Assembly (NCBI RefSeq): GCF_003918875.1
Contig: NW_025767007.1
Coordinates: 868,001 to 932,000 of the forward strand
Reading direction: 5' to 3'
From: Haliotis rubra
Taxonomy: Eukaryota
DNA length: 64,000 nt
The translations under genes and the position numbers were made by a program. This document shows positions 63,517 through 64,000 of this stretch, piece after piece. Every line of letters begins with the position of its first letter. Position 1 is the stretch's first letter. Below the pieces are notes generated by a model. That model had not been told where the DNA came from, made no database searches, and saw nothing but the letters and a program-made list of their open reading frames with translations.

Positions 63517-64000
63517 CTGCAAGCAAGGAAAATGTTGCGGTTACCTGTACATTGGTTAGTTGTGTGAGTAAATTGCTCGCCGCTGGTGGCAGTATTGCAG
63601 CCGTTTTGCAGCTGTTTTGCAGCTGTTTTGCACTAATTTGAAGATGTTTTGCAGTATTTTGCAGCTGTTTTGCAGTAATTTGAAGATGTTTTGCAGTATT
63701 TTGCAGCCGCATTGAACATGCAGAAGCGTAGGCAGCAGCCATTTTGCAGACATTTCGCCGTAGTGTTGCAGCAGTAATAGTGGCGCAACTGTGTTGTAGC
63801 CTTTTAGAAGCAGAACCGAGGACAGTTTACAACAGTGTAATTTAGCAGTCACATACTCCTACTGTGGCTGTTTGGCAGCCGTGTTCGGCCATGTTACGCC
63901 ATGTTTGCAGTCATGTCGAAGCCGGTTTTAAGCCAAGCTGTAGCCGGTTTACAGCCCGTGGCGGCATTGTTGCCATGGTAACATCATGACTCGAACAAAA

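Noticed and set aside
63575-63720. ORFs from the gcagctgttttgcag repeats
   Set aside because: Short internal tandem repeats of a probable repetitive element in the pLGIC intron; not coding.

Overview
Repeat-rich eukaryotic (invertebrate) genomic DNA, most likely a mollusc; an abalone-like gastropod is inferred from the SINE, HINE and MITE landscape, not proven. Three protein-coding loci are supported. (1) The last two coding exons of a SMYD5-like SET/MYND methyltransferase with an extra C-terminal MYND finger (+, 1127-1847 joined to 4786-5497). (2) A TRIM-NHL gene (RING, two B-boxes, coiled coil, NHL) in one coding exon, broken by an apparent 1-nt frameshift (-, 18225-20176). (3) Five phase-0 exons of a Cys-less (Pro-loop) pentameric ligand-gated ion channel spanning more than 20 kb (-, 63516 to 43173); its first and last exons are not resolved. 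The rest is SINEs (two abundant families with a shared 3' tail), many MITEs, a HINE/pearl-like element, a Rex1-like LINE fragment, a rearranged Penelope-like element, a Harbinger remnant, minisatellites and two local segmental duplications. The most unusual observations are: two introns of the channel gene contain tandem arrays copied from the adjacent exon end plus its splice donor; and several Penelope-tail-derived, often fold-back, elements carry a minimal hammerhead-ribozyme-like motif with a U3-A8 core variant. All coordinates were counted by eye and no database searches were run.
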